From the human T2T-CHM13v2.0 reference genome, Homo sapiens, in the NCBI RefSeq assembly GCF_009914755.1, contig NC_060942.1: a DNA stretch of 64,000 nt. One strand, written 5' to 3'. The notes under the pieces are model-generated. The model was not told the origin of the DNA. It made no database searches and saw only the letters and a list, made by a program, of their open reading frames with translations. Every line of letters starts with the position of its first letter. Within the stretch, counting starts at the first letter, position 1. Positions 31,022 to 45,077 of the stretch are shown here, one piece after another. The position numbers and the translations under genes are program-made.

Positions 31022-32136
31022 TTTTTTATTATATTTTAAGTTCTAGGGTACATGTTTACAACTGTGCAGGTTTGTTACATATGTATACATGTGCCATATT
31101 GGTGTGCTGCACCCATTAACTCGTCATTTACGTTAGGTATATCTCCTAATGCTATCCCTCCCCTTCCCCCCACCCCACGACAGGCCCAGGTGTGTGACAT
31201 TCCCCTTCCTGTGTCCAGGTGTTCTCATTGTTAAATTCCCATCTATGAGTGAGAACATGCGGTGTTTGGTTTTTTGTCCTTGTGATAGTTTGCTGAGAAT
31301 GATGGTTTCCAGCTTCATCCATATCCCTACAAAGGACATGAACTCACCATTTTTTATGGCTGCATAGTATTCCATGGTGTATATGTGCCACATTTTCTTA
31401 ATCCAGTCTATCGTTGTTGGACATTTGGGTTGGTTCCAAGTCTTTGCTATTGTGAATAGTGCCGCAATAAACATACGTGTGCATGTGTCTTTATAGTAGC
31501 ATGATTTATAGTCCTTTGGGTATATACCCAGTAATGGGATGGCTGGGTCAAATGGTATTTCTAGTTCTAGATCCCTGAGGAATCGCCACACCTACTTCCA
31601 CAATGGTTGAACTAGTTTACAGTCCCACCAACAGTGTGAAAGTGTTCCTATTTCTGCACATCTTCTCCAGCATCTGTTGTTTCCTAACTTTTTAATGATC
31701 GCCATTCTAACTGGTGTGAGATGGTATCTCATTGTGGTTTTGATTTGCATTTCTCTGATGGCCAGTGATGATAAGCATTTTTTCATGTGTCTGTTGGCTG
31801 CATAAATGTCTTCTTTTGAGAAGTGTCTGTTCATATCTCTTGCCCACTTGTTGATGGGGTTGTTTTTTTTTTCTTGTAAATATGTTTGAGTTCTTTGTAG
31901 ATTCTGGATATTAGCCCTTTGTCAGATGAGTAGATCGCAAAAATTTTCTCCCATTTTGTAGGTTGCCTGTTCACTCTGATGGTAGTTTCTTTTGCTGTGC
32001 AGAAGCTCTTTAGTTTAATTAGATCCCATTTGTCAATTTTGGCTGTTGTTGCCATTGCTTTTGGTGATTTAGACATGAAGTCCTTGCCCATGCCTATGTC
32101 CTGAATGGTATTGCCTAGGTTTTCTTCTAGGGTTTT
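31022..32136 (-). mobile_element. 5'-truncated L1PA (~1.1 kb)
   Basis: ORF2 C-terminal peptides ([28 protein letters not shown]). TSD aaagtta(c/t)cataatttct at 31004-31021 and 32137-32154. Confidence 0.95.
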
Positions 32137-32379
32137 AAAGTTATCATAATTTCTAATGGCCTGGTATAAACATGTGAGATACACACCCAGTTTATTTTGT
32201 AAGGTTCTTGAGATTTACCCATAACTGAAGAGGGCATCATTTGGATATAGAATAGAGAGGCTGTATTTTGCACAAAAGAATAAAAGATTTTTCTCCTTTT
32301 GCTGTAATGCTTTTTTGTTTTTTAAATTTTTAAATATAATTTCATAAGACATACTTTAACATAAATGTCTAACTATAAT

Positions 32380-32798
32380 TGTAGTAAAGAGACTCCGTTT
32401 TGAATGTTTGACCTCTGACAACTTTCATGTCCCCACTCTCCTTTTTACCCTTTACCTGATATCTGGGCAACCTGATTAGAAAGCCCAGCACCCTCCATCC
32501 CTTGGCAGTGGTGGCAATTTCAAATCAGCCAAGCTCCACCTGGGTGGGTACCTCTATCTAGGCTCAACTCTCAGCCACAACAAAAATCCAAGCCACCACT
32601 CCCCTCCTCTCTTGTTTTACTCTGAAAGAAATACGGGTTTTTCTTGAGGAATCATTTTGCTGTTTGCTATATGAATAATAAGCTTTATAGCCTAAGCATT
32701 GGTGCCCATGTGCCATTCGTCCTGACATCTATATGTGCCTGGGGAGGAGGAATGCTGACCAGCTTACAATAGGGGATGCTAGGCACCAAAATAAAACA
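32380..32798 (+). mobile_element. ERVL-class LTR (MER77-like) inside an L1ME remnant
   Basis: tgtagt...ttttgaatgtttgacctctgacaactttc...ctgggcaacctgattagaaagccc...aaaaca. Confidence 0.5.
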
Positions 32799-33437
32799 GT
32801 GAGCATGTACATCCTTTTTCTTAGTAGAGTCATTCTGTGACGTTTGTCCCTTCCCCTCTGTTCCTGCTTTCCTATATTAGCGATCTCACGTAAGGTACCT
32901 ACCACGTTGGACTTCTAACACCATAGATTAGCTTTGGCTACTTTTAACTTATATATGTAGAATAACATAGTATACATTCTTGCTGATTTTGCTCAACATT
33001 GTTGATGAGATTTGTTAATATTGTGTTTGTTTAGAATATTTAGTTCACTTTCACTGCTCTGTAGTATCTCAATGAATATACCATGATTTGTTTGTCTGGG
33101 TTTTAGCTGTTGTGAATAGTGCTTCTACCAACATTTTTGTTTTTACCTTTTGGTGCACATTTGTGTTGGGTATTACCTAGAAGTGGAATTACTGGATCAT
33201 TGTTCATGTGTGTGGGCTTTGATAGTGACAAAGAGTTCTCCTGACAGGTTATGCCAATTTATATGTAGGGTGAGGTTTAAAAGTTGTCATTTATACTTCT
33301 AAACAGAATAAAATTTTCTCTTATATTTAAAGCCACTAATGAGTATTTTCTGTGTATTCATATATCCTGAATTGTTTTAGTATTGGTTAGATTCAAAGTT
33401 TAGGTTTTTCCTTATATAGTGAATTATAATAATTTTA

Positions 33438-34187
33438 TGTTGTCTCAGCATCCATTTTGAATTCAGAGTTAGCTTTCTCATACCAGAAGCAGGGCTCAGT
33501 TGGCCTTTACACAGTATCCAATTCTACACCACACTCAAATGGCTCAAGCTCGTGGCTGAGACTAGAACTTAGAGGCATTTACCCCGCCCAGCAGATTGGG
33601 CTTCCCACTGTACTGCTGTCCTTTAAACGGACCACAAAGGAATTTGTCTGCATCCTTAGGGTGACCCACATCCTCTTCCCTATATGTCCTCCTAGCTGCT
33701 AAATACTCTTCCGTTTCTCTGCCTGATTCTTCATTCCTGCCTCCTGTGACTCAGGGCAGGAGAACTGCCCTCCTAACTCATAACAACCTCCTTGCCTAGC
33801 ATCTATAAATAAAAGTCTCTGAACTTGTTTTCCATTGTGGTGGTGTATTGAATTTGCACCCTCCTTCCGAAGAACCAGGGGCTTCCCCATGTTGGGTTTT
33901 CCCCAGAGCTCCTGGAGAACACAAGATCAGCCTCCTTGCACCAGAGTGATGTTCAGACAGGTGAAAAGTGAATATGGGTCAGAAAAGAGCCACAAAGGTG
34001 TCTGCCAGTATAAACAAGTTTCCTGTGTGAGAGATCCTGGTAACGGGTAGGACAAATAGGTAAAAGAAAGATCCTGTGAGAGATACTCTGTAAACACCCA
34101 TGTCCAGCTCCCCTTCCTCTCCCATTAGAGTAGGTTGCTGGCAGCTCTGGTACTGGAATCCCAGTTTAGCTGAGGGCTCCCAAAACA
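33438..34187 (+). mobile_element. MER54A-like ERVL solo LTR
   Basis: TG...CA ends, tgttgtctcagcatccattttgaa...ctcataccagaagcagggctcag...tttagctgagggctcccaaaaca. Confidence 0.75.
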
Positions 34188-35478
34188 CCTTGATAGACAT
34201 ATAAAGAGTATAGAGTAATAGACAGTGCTTTGAGATGCTGTCAGTGCCTCAATTACATTCTGATTATTTTTGTACAGCACAGTTTTGATAGAAGAGTTTT
34301 AACCTTTCCTTAAGTCTACAGAATGGATTAGTTTCCAGTGAAGTGTTAAGAAGGGTTTGGAAATTCAACTAATCCTCATATATATCAGGAAATTTATTTC
34401 TTGTATTACATTGGCTCTTTAGCTAAACCCTGTTTGCATATATTAAACGTCATTTAGAATAAAAAATGTTCTTTTAGAAAAAGCAGGGCACATTTTCTAT
34501 TTCTTTTGCTGTGATGAGTGTCTGACTTAGTCCTGCCACTTCATTTTCACCTCCTATCGGTTATGACGATCGCTTGTATATAAAGTTTTGAAACAGAGTA
34601 TATGGCTCTTAAAATTAAGTGGCAATATCTGCATTAAGGTGTCTATTCTTGTGAAGTTTTAAATGAAGATGATAAAGTGATGATGCTGATAAAAGTGTAC
34701 CCTCAATTATATACATTATTCAAATAAGCTTAACCTATGATAAAATTAAGCGTAATAAATCAATGGAGAAAGAACTAATAATTCAATAAAATGTGCTGAG
34801 GAAACTGGCTGTGAGGAAAGTGTTTAATTTTGCTCTTTTGATCTTTGTTCACACTCTATTTCAAGATCAATTCAAGATGGATTAAGTAAAACAAAAGGGG
34901 AAGAAGAAAGAAAAGGGATAAAGTCTCTAAAAGATGAATCTTTATATTATTTTGAGATAGGATAGTATTGCCAAGATTATTTTCTTTATACTTTCATCCA
35001 TTGAACTTATGTTTATATGCCTTTTTTTTCTAACCACATAAAAATTCACACAAGTGAAAGGCCAAAAATTTTGTTAAAATTTTGAAACAGACATGCCAGC
35101 TATGTATATGTCTTATTTAAACTAACAGAGCTAAAAAAAGAAATATACAAAAGAGACTGCAAATAGAAAACATTTCTGAAGACATACTTAACCATGTTAA
35201 TAAACAATGAAATATAATTTCAAGCAGTATTTTTGCTGATTGTTTTGGCAGTCAATTTGGGAAATATGAATGAGACACTGTTAAACCAACAAGGGATTAG
35301 TGAGCTGAGCCCTCTCACATTCTTTCCAAGGAGATATGAATTGGTCCAATCTTTCTGAAAAGCAATGTGCAAGGTTATCAAGAATTAGGAGATTTTAACA
35401 TGTTCTCAGTGTTTTTCTTTTTTATACATTTCTTCTGGGAAAATTACTTGATAAATAGTAATTAATTATACATTAATT

Positions 35479-35587
35479 AAAACCACAATTACTTTTGCAC
35501 CAGCCTAATACCATTCTGGACATCAGCTTTGGCGAAGAATTTATGATGAAGTCTCCAAAAGCAATTGTATGATGAAGACTCCCAAAA
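35479..35587 (+). repeat. 91-bp copy of 36816-36906 plus re-copied 20-mer
   Basis: 87/91 identical to the MADE1 right end plus adjacent L1 sequence. Confidence 0.9.
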
Positions 35588-35719
35588 CTGTTCATGGCAG
35601 TGTGATTTATAAATCCTGAGCTTAGTCAACTCCTGATTGAGGAAATAATACATGAATGTATATACATATAATAGGATATTGTGAATCTACTGAGTTTGAT
35701 TACTTCAAAGAAAGCTTGC

Positions 35720-37949
35720 ATATAACAAATCCACAGGCAACATCCATGGAACAGGCAAAAGCTGGAAGCATTTCGCTTGAAAACTGGAACAAGACAAGGA
35801 TACTCTCTCTCAGCCCTCCTGTTCAACACAGTATTCAAAGTCCTATCCAGAGGAGTCAGGCATGAGAAAGGAATAAAAGGCATCCAACTAGGAAGAAAGA
35901 AAGGCAAACTATCTCTCTTGGCAGATGACGTGATTCTATATCTAGAAACCCCATATGCTTTGCCAAAAGTCTCCTAGAACTGATAAACAGCTTCAGCAAA
36001 GTTTCAGAATACAAAATAAATGTAGAAAAATCAGCAGCATTTCTGTACACCAACAACATTCAAGGTGAGAGCCTAAGCAAGAACACAATCCCATTCACAG
36101 TAGCCACAAAATGAGTAAAATACTTAGAAATACGGCTTACCAAGGAGGTGAAAGATCTCTACAATTAGAATTACAAAACACAGCTGAAAGAAAGCAGAGA
36201 CAACACAAACAAATGGAAAAACATTCCACGTTCAGAGATAGGAAGAGTCAATGTTGCTAAAATGACCAAATTTCCATTTAGCAAAGCAACTTACAAATTC
36301 AGTGCTATTTCTATCAAACTAGCAATGTCATTTTTCAAAGAATCAGAAAAAAAACTATTCCATAATTCCCTTTCACATGAAACCAAAGCAGCCAGAGTGG
36401 CCAAAGCAATCCTAAGCAAAAAGAACAAACCCAGAAACATCACACTACCTGACTTCATACTAAAAGGCTACAGTAACCACAACAACCTGGTATTGATACA
36501 AGAACAGACACGTAGATCAATGCAGTAGGATAGAGAACCCAGACATAAAGCCAAACACCTACAGCCATCTCATTTTTGACAAAGTTGACAATCATAAACA
36601 ATGGGGAGAGGACTCCCTATTCAATAAATGGTTCCAGAATAGCTGGCTAGTCATATGCAGAAGATTTAAACTGAACTCCTTCCTTTCACCATATACAAAA
36701 ATTTACTCAATATAAATACTTAAATGTAAGACCTAAAACAAAAATCTAGAAGAAACCTAGGAAATATTACGTTGGTGCAAATGAAATTGTGGTTTTTGCC
36801 ATTAAAAATATTGCAAAAACCACAATTACTTTTGCACCAACCTAATACCATTCTGGACATCAGCTTTGGCAAAGAATTTATGATAAAATCTCCAAAAGCA
36901 ATTGTAACAAAACCAAAAATTGACAAGTGGGACCTAATTAAACTAAAGAGCTTCTGCATGGCAAAAGAAACTATCAAGAGAGTAAACAGACAGCCTACAG
37001 AATGGGAGAAAATGTTCACAATCTATGCATCTGACAAAGGCATAATATCCAGAATCTATAAGGAACTTAAGCAATTTAAAAAACAAAAATCAAGCAACCT
37101 CATTAAAAAATGGGCAAAGGACATGAATAGACACTTCTGAAAAGAACACATACATGCACCCAACAAGTATATGAAAAAATGCTTATTATCACTAATCACT
37201 AGATAAATGCAAATCACAACCACAATGAGATACTATATCACACCAGTCAGAATGGCTATTATTAAAAAGTCAAAACACAACAGATGCTGGCAAGGCTTCA
37301 GAGAAAAGGAACCATTTATACACTGTTGGGAATGTAAATTATTCCAGTCACTGTGGAAGGCAATGTATAGATTTCTCAAAAAAACATAAAACAGAACTAC
37401 CATTCAACCCAGCAATCCCACTACCAAGTTTATACCCAAAGGAATATAAATTGTTTTGCCAAAAAGACACATGTACTCATATGTTCATTGCAGCACTATT
37501 CACAATATCAAAGACATGGAATCAACCTAGGTGCCCAACAACAGTGGACTGGATAAAGAAAATGTGGTATCTATACACTATGGAATGCTGTGTAGCCATA
37601 AAAAGGAATGAAATCATGTCCTTTGTAGCAAAAGGGATGTAGCTGGAGGCCATTACCCTAAGCGAACTAATGCAGGAAAAGAAAACCAACTACTAGCATG
37701 TTCTTTCTTACAAGTGGGAGCTGAACATTGAGTGCATAGACACAAACATGGGAGCAATAGACACTAGGGATGACCTGAGCAGGGAGAGTGGAGTAGGGTC
37801 ACGGGTTGGAAGGCTACCTATCAGGTACTATGCTCACTACCTGGGTGATGAGATCATTCATATGCCAAACCTCAGTGACAGGCAACTTATCCATGTAACA
37901 AACCTACCCATGTACCCATGGAACCTAAAATAAAAGTAGAAGAAAAAAC
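35720..37949 (+). mobile_element. 5'-truncated L1PB/L1PA16-like (~2.2 kb)
   Basis: ORF2 remnants ([32 protein letters not shown]), L1PB-type 3'UTR. TSD agaaag(c/t)ttgc at 35709-35719 and 37950-37960. Confidence 0.9.
36767..36845. mobile_element. MADE1 (Hsmar1 MITE)
   Basis: 79-bp palindromic ttacgttggtgcaa...ttgcaccaacctaa with TA duplication, splitting the L1 sequence ggaaata/ccattctgg. Confidence 0.93.
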
Positions 37950-38169
37950 AGAAAGTTTGCCAAAATTATGATAAGTAGTAAAAACAAAACAATAAATTTG
38001 TTATGGCATCATCTGCCAAGTGTTAACTAAAAACAGTTTCTGACAACATGGCTAGCTAGAATTAATTCGTACTTAGGTATAAACATATGACTGAACTATA
38101 ATAGGATGTTTGTAAAAAATATGTTCTTGTTGTAGCCCTTAAAAGCCTCTCATTATAGATCATCATGCT

Positions 38170-38404
38170 TGTTCCCTTTCCATTGAGCAGATGGAGACAA
38201 CCATGGTGACTTTAGAAAGAATGGGTTGATGGTGAAGAAGGTTTATCCCTGAATGAACACTCCCCCCATGCTTACTGCCTGCAAACACACTCACACATGT
38301 GGCTGTTGAAGATGAGTAAAAATAGACTTCTATCAAATTTCAGCTATTAAAAGTTTGGGATGTGGATTAGTGAAGCAGATACTAGTGTTACCCTAAATGA
38401 TACA
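38170..38404 (+). mobile_element. MLT1 3' fragment
   Basis: atagacttctatc...cagctattaaaagtttggga...ccctaaatgataca. Confidence 0.45.
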
Positions 38405-39462
38405 CCTGCAGGTAGTGTATGCAGTGTGTGGAGAGAGAGAGAGACTAGTAGAAAGTAGGAAGTGCCTTGATGCATTTAGAATAGTCTCACATTTTTAGGG
38501 AGAACAAGTTTCCCTAAGACGTATCAGGATTACAGATGTGCGGATAACATTAAGAGTAACAACATATGTGTCATGGGCTCTTTCTATATTTGCTCATGGA
38601 AAGTAGAATGCTACTCACGTATTTTTCTGGAGCCTCTAGGAGTTTTCCTCAATTTAAGCTGATGCTTCAGCCATCTAGCATCCCGCAGTCAGGCCCTTTT
38701 TGAGGATTTGGGGTTCCTCTCTCCACAATGCATTGCCATGGCTACCAGGTATTACCGTCTCTTGGGGTATTTCTGAGGAGGAATCAGAGTCAACAAAACT
38801 AAAATTCCACTTTCAAGTATAAATCTTTTCATTTTGTTTTCTCAGGTTCAGCACTGGGGGAAAAAAAACCCCCTAAATATTGCTTATTGTTTCAGAGATG
38901 TTATCTTTCTCTTTGGTGCACTGAGAGAGACAACATGTTTCCTTTATTAAGGAATTCATTTTGCCAGAAAATTAATTGTGCTTAACCAAATTAAGCTGCT
39001 AAATTTGATATAGTGTGGTGATAACATTAGAACATGTCTAAGATGTCATTGTTTCTATTGGAATTAAAAGGATTATTAAAAATAGCGGTTAACTGAGTCT
39101 TTTTTCTTTAAATAGAGTGAGAAAATCTTATTGTATCAGTTTTATTCCTCAAGTGATTGATTTTTATGCTTTATTACATTTTACCACATTTGATTCTTAC
39201 AGTTAAAATTTGAAATTTAATATTTCTAATGATAATTTTAATAATGCTTTTAGCATTTTCAGATTTACTGTAATCATATTCTTAAGTAGCACAATTACTC
39301 TTATTTTACATATTTTATAAACAACTGAGGTCAAACAATTTTTTACTTAACCGAGGGTATATAATTTTGACAAAGTCAGAATGTGGCTTGTATTTGCCAA
39401 AATCCCAAGAAGAAGTGGGTGGCATACTTGAAACAGGATAGACCAAAAAGATATTCAGGCTA

Positions 39463-40027
39463 TGTGATGGTTAATATTGAGTGTCAACTTGATTGGATCG
39501 AAGGATGCAAAGTATTGTTCCTGGACGTGTCTGTGAGGATGCTGCCAAAGGAGATTAACATTTGAGTCAGTGGACTGGAAGAGGCAGACCCACCCTCAAT
39601 CTGGGTGAGCACCATCTAATCAGCTGCCAGTGTGGCTAGGATAAACCAGGCAGGAGAAAATGGAAGAGCAGACTTGCTGGGTCTTTCTCAGTCTTTCTCT
39701 TTCTCCCATGCTGGATGTTTCCTGCCCTCAAACATCAGACTCCACTTTCTTCAGCTTTTGGACTCTTGGAGAGACTTACACCAGTGGTTTGCCAGGGGCT
39801 CTCAGGCCTTTGGCCACAGACTAAAGGCTGCACCATCAGCTTCCCTATTTTTGAGGTTTTGGGACTCGGACTGATCCACCACTGGCTTCCTTGCTCCTCA
39901 CCTTGCAGATGATCTATCGTGAGACTTTACCCTGTGATTGTGTGAGTCAATTATCCTTAATAAACTCCATTTCATATATACATCTATCCTATTAGTTTTG
40001 TCCCTCCATAGAACTGTGACTAATACA
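39463..40027 (+). mobile_element. MLT2A (MLT2A2-like) HERVL solo LTR, inserted in an older antisense MLT1
   Basis: tgtgatggttaatattgagtgtcaacttgattgg...gactaataca. 5-bp TSD ggcta at 39458-39462 and 40028-40032. Confidence 0.92.
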
Positions 40028-41067
40028 GGCTATTTACCAAGACATAGGTGTGGATAGTGTAGGAGCAGAACTGTAACCTCCTGGAATATTGAAGGGAGAA
40101 GGTGAGGGGCAATTACTAGAACGTGGAGGGAAAGATTTCTGAAGAGTCAGCTGCCTTGAGAGATTCAGTGACCTTCAGTGGAGGGAATGAGCCAGCTCAA
40201 GGCAGCCTTGCAGGAAGGGAGATGAGGAATAAATATGTGGACTTCATTCTTTTCCCTCCCACTGATCTTCCGCCAAGCTCCCCTTTCACCAAATTTAACC
40301 AGATGCCAAAGGAAACATTTATATGCCACATATAAGTCAGCTCTGGGTGGGGGTGAGGGATAGGGCAGAGAAGGTTCAAGAAGTTTCGAGAGGCAGGGGA
40401 TCTGCCACAGGACCCCGATCTCCATTTGACTAATGGGTGTCCCTTCTATTGCCTTTGCATTCAAGAAGATCCTATCCCACTGGATATCAGGAATTAAGTG
40501 ATGATTCAGAAAGTCTCCATCCTTGTCCCTTTTCTCATCTTGTTCTCATTGTACTACTATTGGTAGAAGACGATACAGATATAAATTACTGTCCCATAAG
40601 ATTTCATTGAAACCTGTGAGTTATAAATGATACTACATGATCAGAGATTAAAAATAACATTGTACTGTATATTTGTTATGTTTTTGGCAGCTCGCCTTCA
40701 AATTTCCTTGCTGTACACATGATCTCTTATTAGAGAGTTACATGCTTTTCACCCAGACTTTGCATCTGGAGAAGGACATACACATTGAAGAGACAAATTA
40801 CTCGAAGCTGCCTCTGTGGAGTTAAGAGCTCTGCAACAGGAATTCTAGATATGAAAGGACGTTCACTTCTGGTGGCGTCATCAGGGAATGACCAGAGGTG
40901 GCAGCACAGGCAGTTGTACCTCAACCAGACAATTACCATGGTTAAGATCTTGGCTTTCCTTTCTGCTACCCAGAAGACTATCTTAATTTCTGTTCTTTGT
41001 TGATTCTGTGAGATGTCTGGTGTTCTACTCATAAACTTATTTTCTACTTGAATTAGCAAGAGCAGAT

Positions 41068-41455
41068 ATTACGGACTGATTGTATCTCCAATTCCCCCAA
41101 GTTCATAGGTTTAAGTCCTAATCCCCAATGTGACAGTACTTGGAGATGGCACTTATAATTAGATAATAAGGTTAAATGAGGTCAGAAAGTTAATCCAATA
41201 GGACTGGTGTCCTTATAAGGAAAGGAAGAGACATCAGCGATTTCCCTCTTTCATTCTGCATGTGCACAGAAGAAAGGGTGTGCAAAGACAGAGAGAAGGT
41301 GGCTGTAGATAAGCCAGGGAGGGAGATGTCACCAGAAACCTACTCTTACAGCACCTCGATCTCAGACTGCCAGCCTGTACAACTGTGAGAAGATAAATGT
41401 ATGTAGTTCAAGTCACCCAGTCTGTGGTATTTTGTTATGGCAGCTCTAGGTAACA
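41068..41455 (+). mobile_element. MLT1A-like solo LTR
   Basis: ctaatccccaatgtgacagtacttggagatg...cccagtctgtggtattttgttatggcagc. Confidence 0.85.
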
Positions 41456-41700
41456 GTAGACTCTGTTACTTTAGAAAGTACAGTGGGTTTCTGTTATTTT
41501 CAACAAGATCCTTAACAGAAAGAAACCCTAACAATTGAACTAGAGCATTATTTTTCAAACTTTGAGTCACAACCAGCAGTAGGCTGTCAAATCAATTTAA
41601 CAGATAGCACCAAATTTAAAATAATTGAATAGAATATAATAGATGAGAACATATTGTAATGCATCACCTCTAGTAAGATTAAGTACTGCTTCCTGAGAAC

Positions 41701-41702
<2 letters not shown>

Positions 41703-41746
<44 letters not shown>

Positions 41747-41750
41747 TGTA
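41703..41750. repeat. (TG)18 microsatellite with degenerate extension
   Basis: Direct reading. Confidence 0.97.
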
Positions 41751-42169
41751 TATTTGTGTGTGGTTGTTTCTGTGTGCATATGTATATACATACTGGACTA
41801 AATGTAAAATATATTTTGGAACATGGGAAATGGTTGAATAAATTTAAAAAATATTATTCTAGAGCATATTACAATATTCTAATTGTTCATTTTTCCTGTC
41901 ATGACAGATTGAAGAATTTAGAGCCTCACTGAAATATGGATTAAAAAATCATAATTGTGGGATGATTTTCAAAAATTTGATATTAAGAGGGAATTAAGAC
42001 TATGGTTCATCATGAGTTGTATTGAAAACTTAGATTGTGTGATTTTTATTATGTAAAAATTTGTGTTTTAAAGTTTTATGTAGCATGCTGAATTTCTCTC
42101 TGGCATCAAGGGCTTTGAAGATAGGAAGAGAGGAAAATAGGAGAGTGTGTGAAGTTAAAGAGGAAATCA

Positions 42170-42440
42170 ACAACTAATATTTGTACTGTGTTATTCAATT
42201 TGCAAGTTGCTTTCAATTTCACTTGATCACTTCATTTAATCTTCAAAAGAAACTTGTGAATATTCAATCTTTATGAATGAGAAAACTAAAGCTCAGAGGT
42301 TGTACTTTCTCCAAACTTGTATTTAACATATATAGAAATCAGAAGTGACTTAGCCAGATTTCAAACCAAGGTTACTTGAATCTTCAACAAATAATTCCTG
42401 TCTTTGGACTTCAAGATTTGTTCTTTCCATTATCATGTTA
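42170..42440 (-). mobile_element. MIR
   Basis: catttaatcttcaaaagaaacttgtg...atgagaaaactaaagctcagagg. Confidence 0.65.
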
Positions 42441-42895
42441 AATAACTAAAATAACAAACCAGTTATTTATTTACGACAATCTCTTCTCTGAGTTAATCTG
42501 TAGCAACTCAGAATATAATTGAATTAAAAATTTCAATGTTATTACTTTGTTATATGTCCCTCAACATTTTACCTCAAAATTTAGTTATATCTGGAAGTCC
42601 AGGTGGATTTATTCTACAGGGGATTTATTATAATAAGGCCGTGGAGTCTCTTAGAAAGTGATTTACTTAAAGTGCAGAGATAATCAAGGTATACAAACTT
42701 GATCCTAAGAAAATAAATTTATGTTGGAGGGAAATGGGGATTCTGACTATAATACCAAATGTGTCACTGAAGGTTTTGCTTTCTCCCAACCCATTTAGAC
42801 CCATGTCTGAGTTCCACAGGGAAGGGGTTGCATTGATGGGTTCATTAAAGTCAATGACACTTCAAAATCTTTGCCTTGCTGTCGATAACATGGAA

Positions 42896-43401
42896 CAACA
42901 GCCTCCAACATTTTTGGTGCCAGGGATCAGTTTCTTGGAAGACAGTTTTTCCATGGACGAGGGCAGGGGCATGGTTTGGGGATGATTGAAGCACATTACA
43001 TTTATTGTGCTCTTTATTTCTATTATTACATTGTAACATATAATAATTACACAACTCAGCATAATATAGAATCAGTGGGCGCTCTGAACTTCATTACCTG
43101 CAGCTACACAGTTCCATCTAGGGGTGATGGGAGACAGTGACAGATCATCAGGCATTGGATTCTCATAAGGAGTGTACAGCCTAGACCCCTCACATGTGCA
43201 GTTCACAATAGGGTTCACATTTATGAGAATCTAATGCCACTGCTGATCTGATGGGAGGCAAAGCTTAGGTGGTAATGTGAGCCATGGGGAGCAGCTGTAA
43301 ATACAGATGAAGCTTCATGTGCTCCACCTGCTGCTCACCTCCTGCTCTGCAGCCCAGTTGCTAACAGGCCACAGACCAGTACTGGGGGTTGGGGACCCCT
43401 G
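42896..43401 (+). mobile_element. MER1A (hAT-Charlie)
   Basis: ccaacatttttggtgccagggatcagtttcttggaagacag...gggggttggggacccctg. Confidence 0.88.
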
Positions 43402-44516
43402 ATGTAGACAACAGATAGACTCTAGATAGTAGTGAAGGAACCCATTTTTTAATTGGAGTAATTCCTGGAACACTGATCAGGCATAATAGCGTAAGAATAC
43501 ATAGGAAGTAAAAATAAAGTAGGAGAAAATGTAAAACATCAAGCTGTGGCCTGTAAGTTGAAGGTATTAACAACAACAAGGCTGCTGTTCCAGGTCAACA
43601 GCACCGCAATTAAATAGGAGACATCACTGCACAGCTAGAGTGGACAGGGTGAAAAAGATGGGTGCCACATATGTGGGGAGCATACATACACAGGCGACTT
43701 AGAAGTAGGACCCTTGTTTTATGCATGAAGTCATTTATTCAACAAACATTTGTGAACAAAGTATAGTATTTGGTATAGGAATATAATAACTAGATGTACA
43801 TGACTCCCACGCTGAGGCAGACTAGAGTCTACTTAATAAGACAGAAAAATGAACAAGAAATATGACATTAGGGCTGTTTGTGGGTAATTGGTGGTTCAGG
43901 TACTAGATTGTTAGAATACCGTCAGAAGAGAATAGTTTATTACTGATACTGTGATACTGATACACTCTTCAGGTTGATTTGACCTGAGAAAAATTCATTA
44001 CAAATTTATAAGTACCTTTATTGTAGTACTTACCACAGTCCTCATTTCATTATGGGGATTTCTGCAGAGGGTGTTTTTCCTTCGAGTTCAAAACTGTAGT
44101 TAAGGATAGAAAAAACATCATTTGTGTATTTTTGTATTTCCCACAGCAAGATGCTTAGAATCACTTAGTGCAAAGTGGGTTTGTTTAATTACACTGAATA
44201 AATGATGCTACACATTGTGAGAATAGTTTCAAGAGTCTGTTTGAGATTTGAAATTAACTTTATTATAGAGTCATATTTAATTATTTAATACCAGGTAAAA
44301 GAGAATTGCAGCAGAGGTAAAGAACCAGAACCCTTATCCTGGGCCGGTGTTGTGTAGTACATGACTCACAGACATAACACTTTTACCTTCCTTCTGAGAA
44401 GCAAATTTTGCCATCGTAGTTATAAAGAGGGACTGGTCTTAAATGAAATAATCAGAAAACACATGAACCCACGAGTTTAAGGTGGAGTTATCTGTGCTTT
44501 AGAAATGAGGAATTGA

Positions 44517-45077
<561 letters not shown>

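Noticed and set aside
31133-37642. L1 ORF2-like peptides as genes
   Set aside because: Fragments of 5'-truncated L1s with stops and frameshifts.
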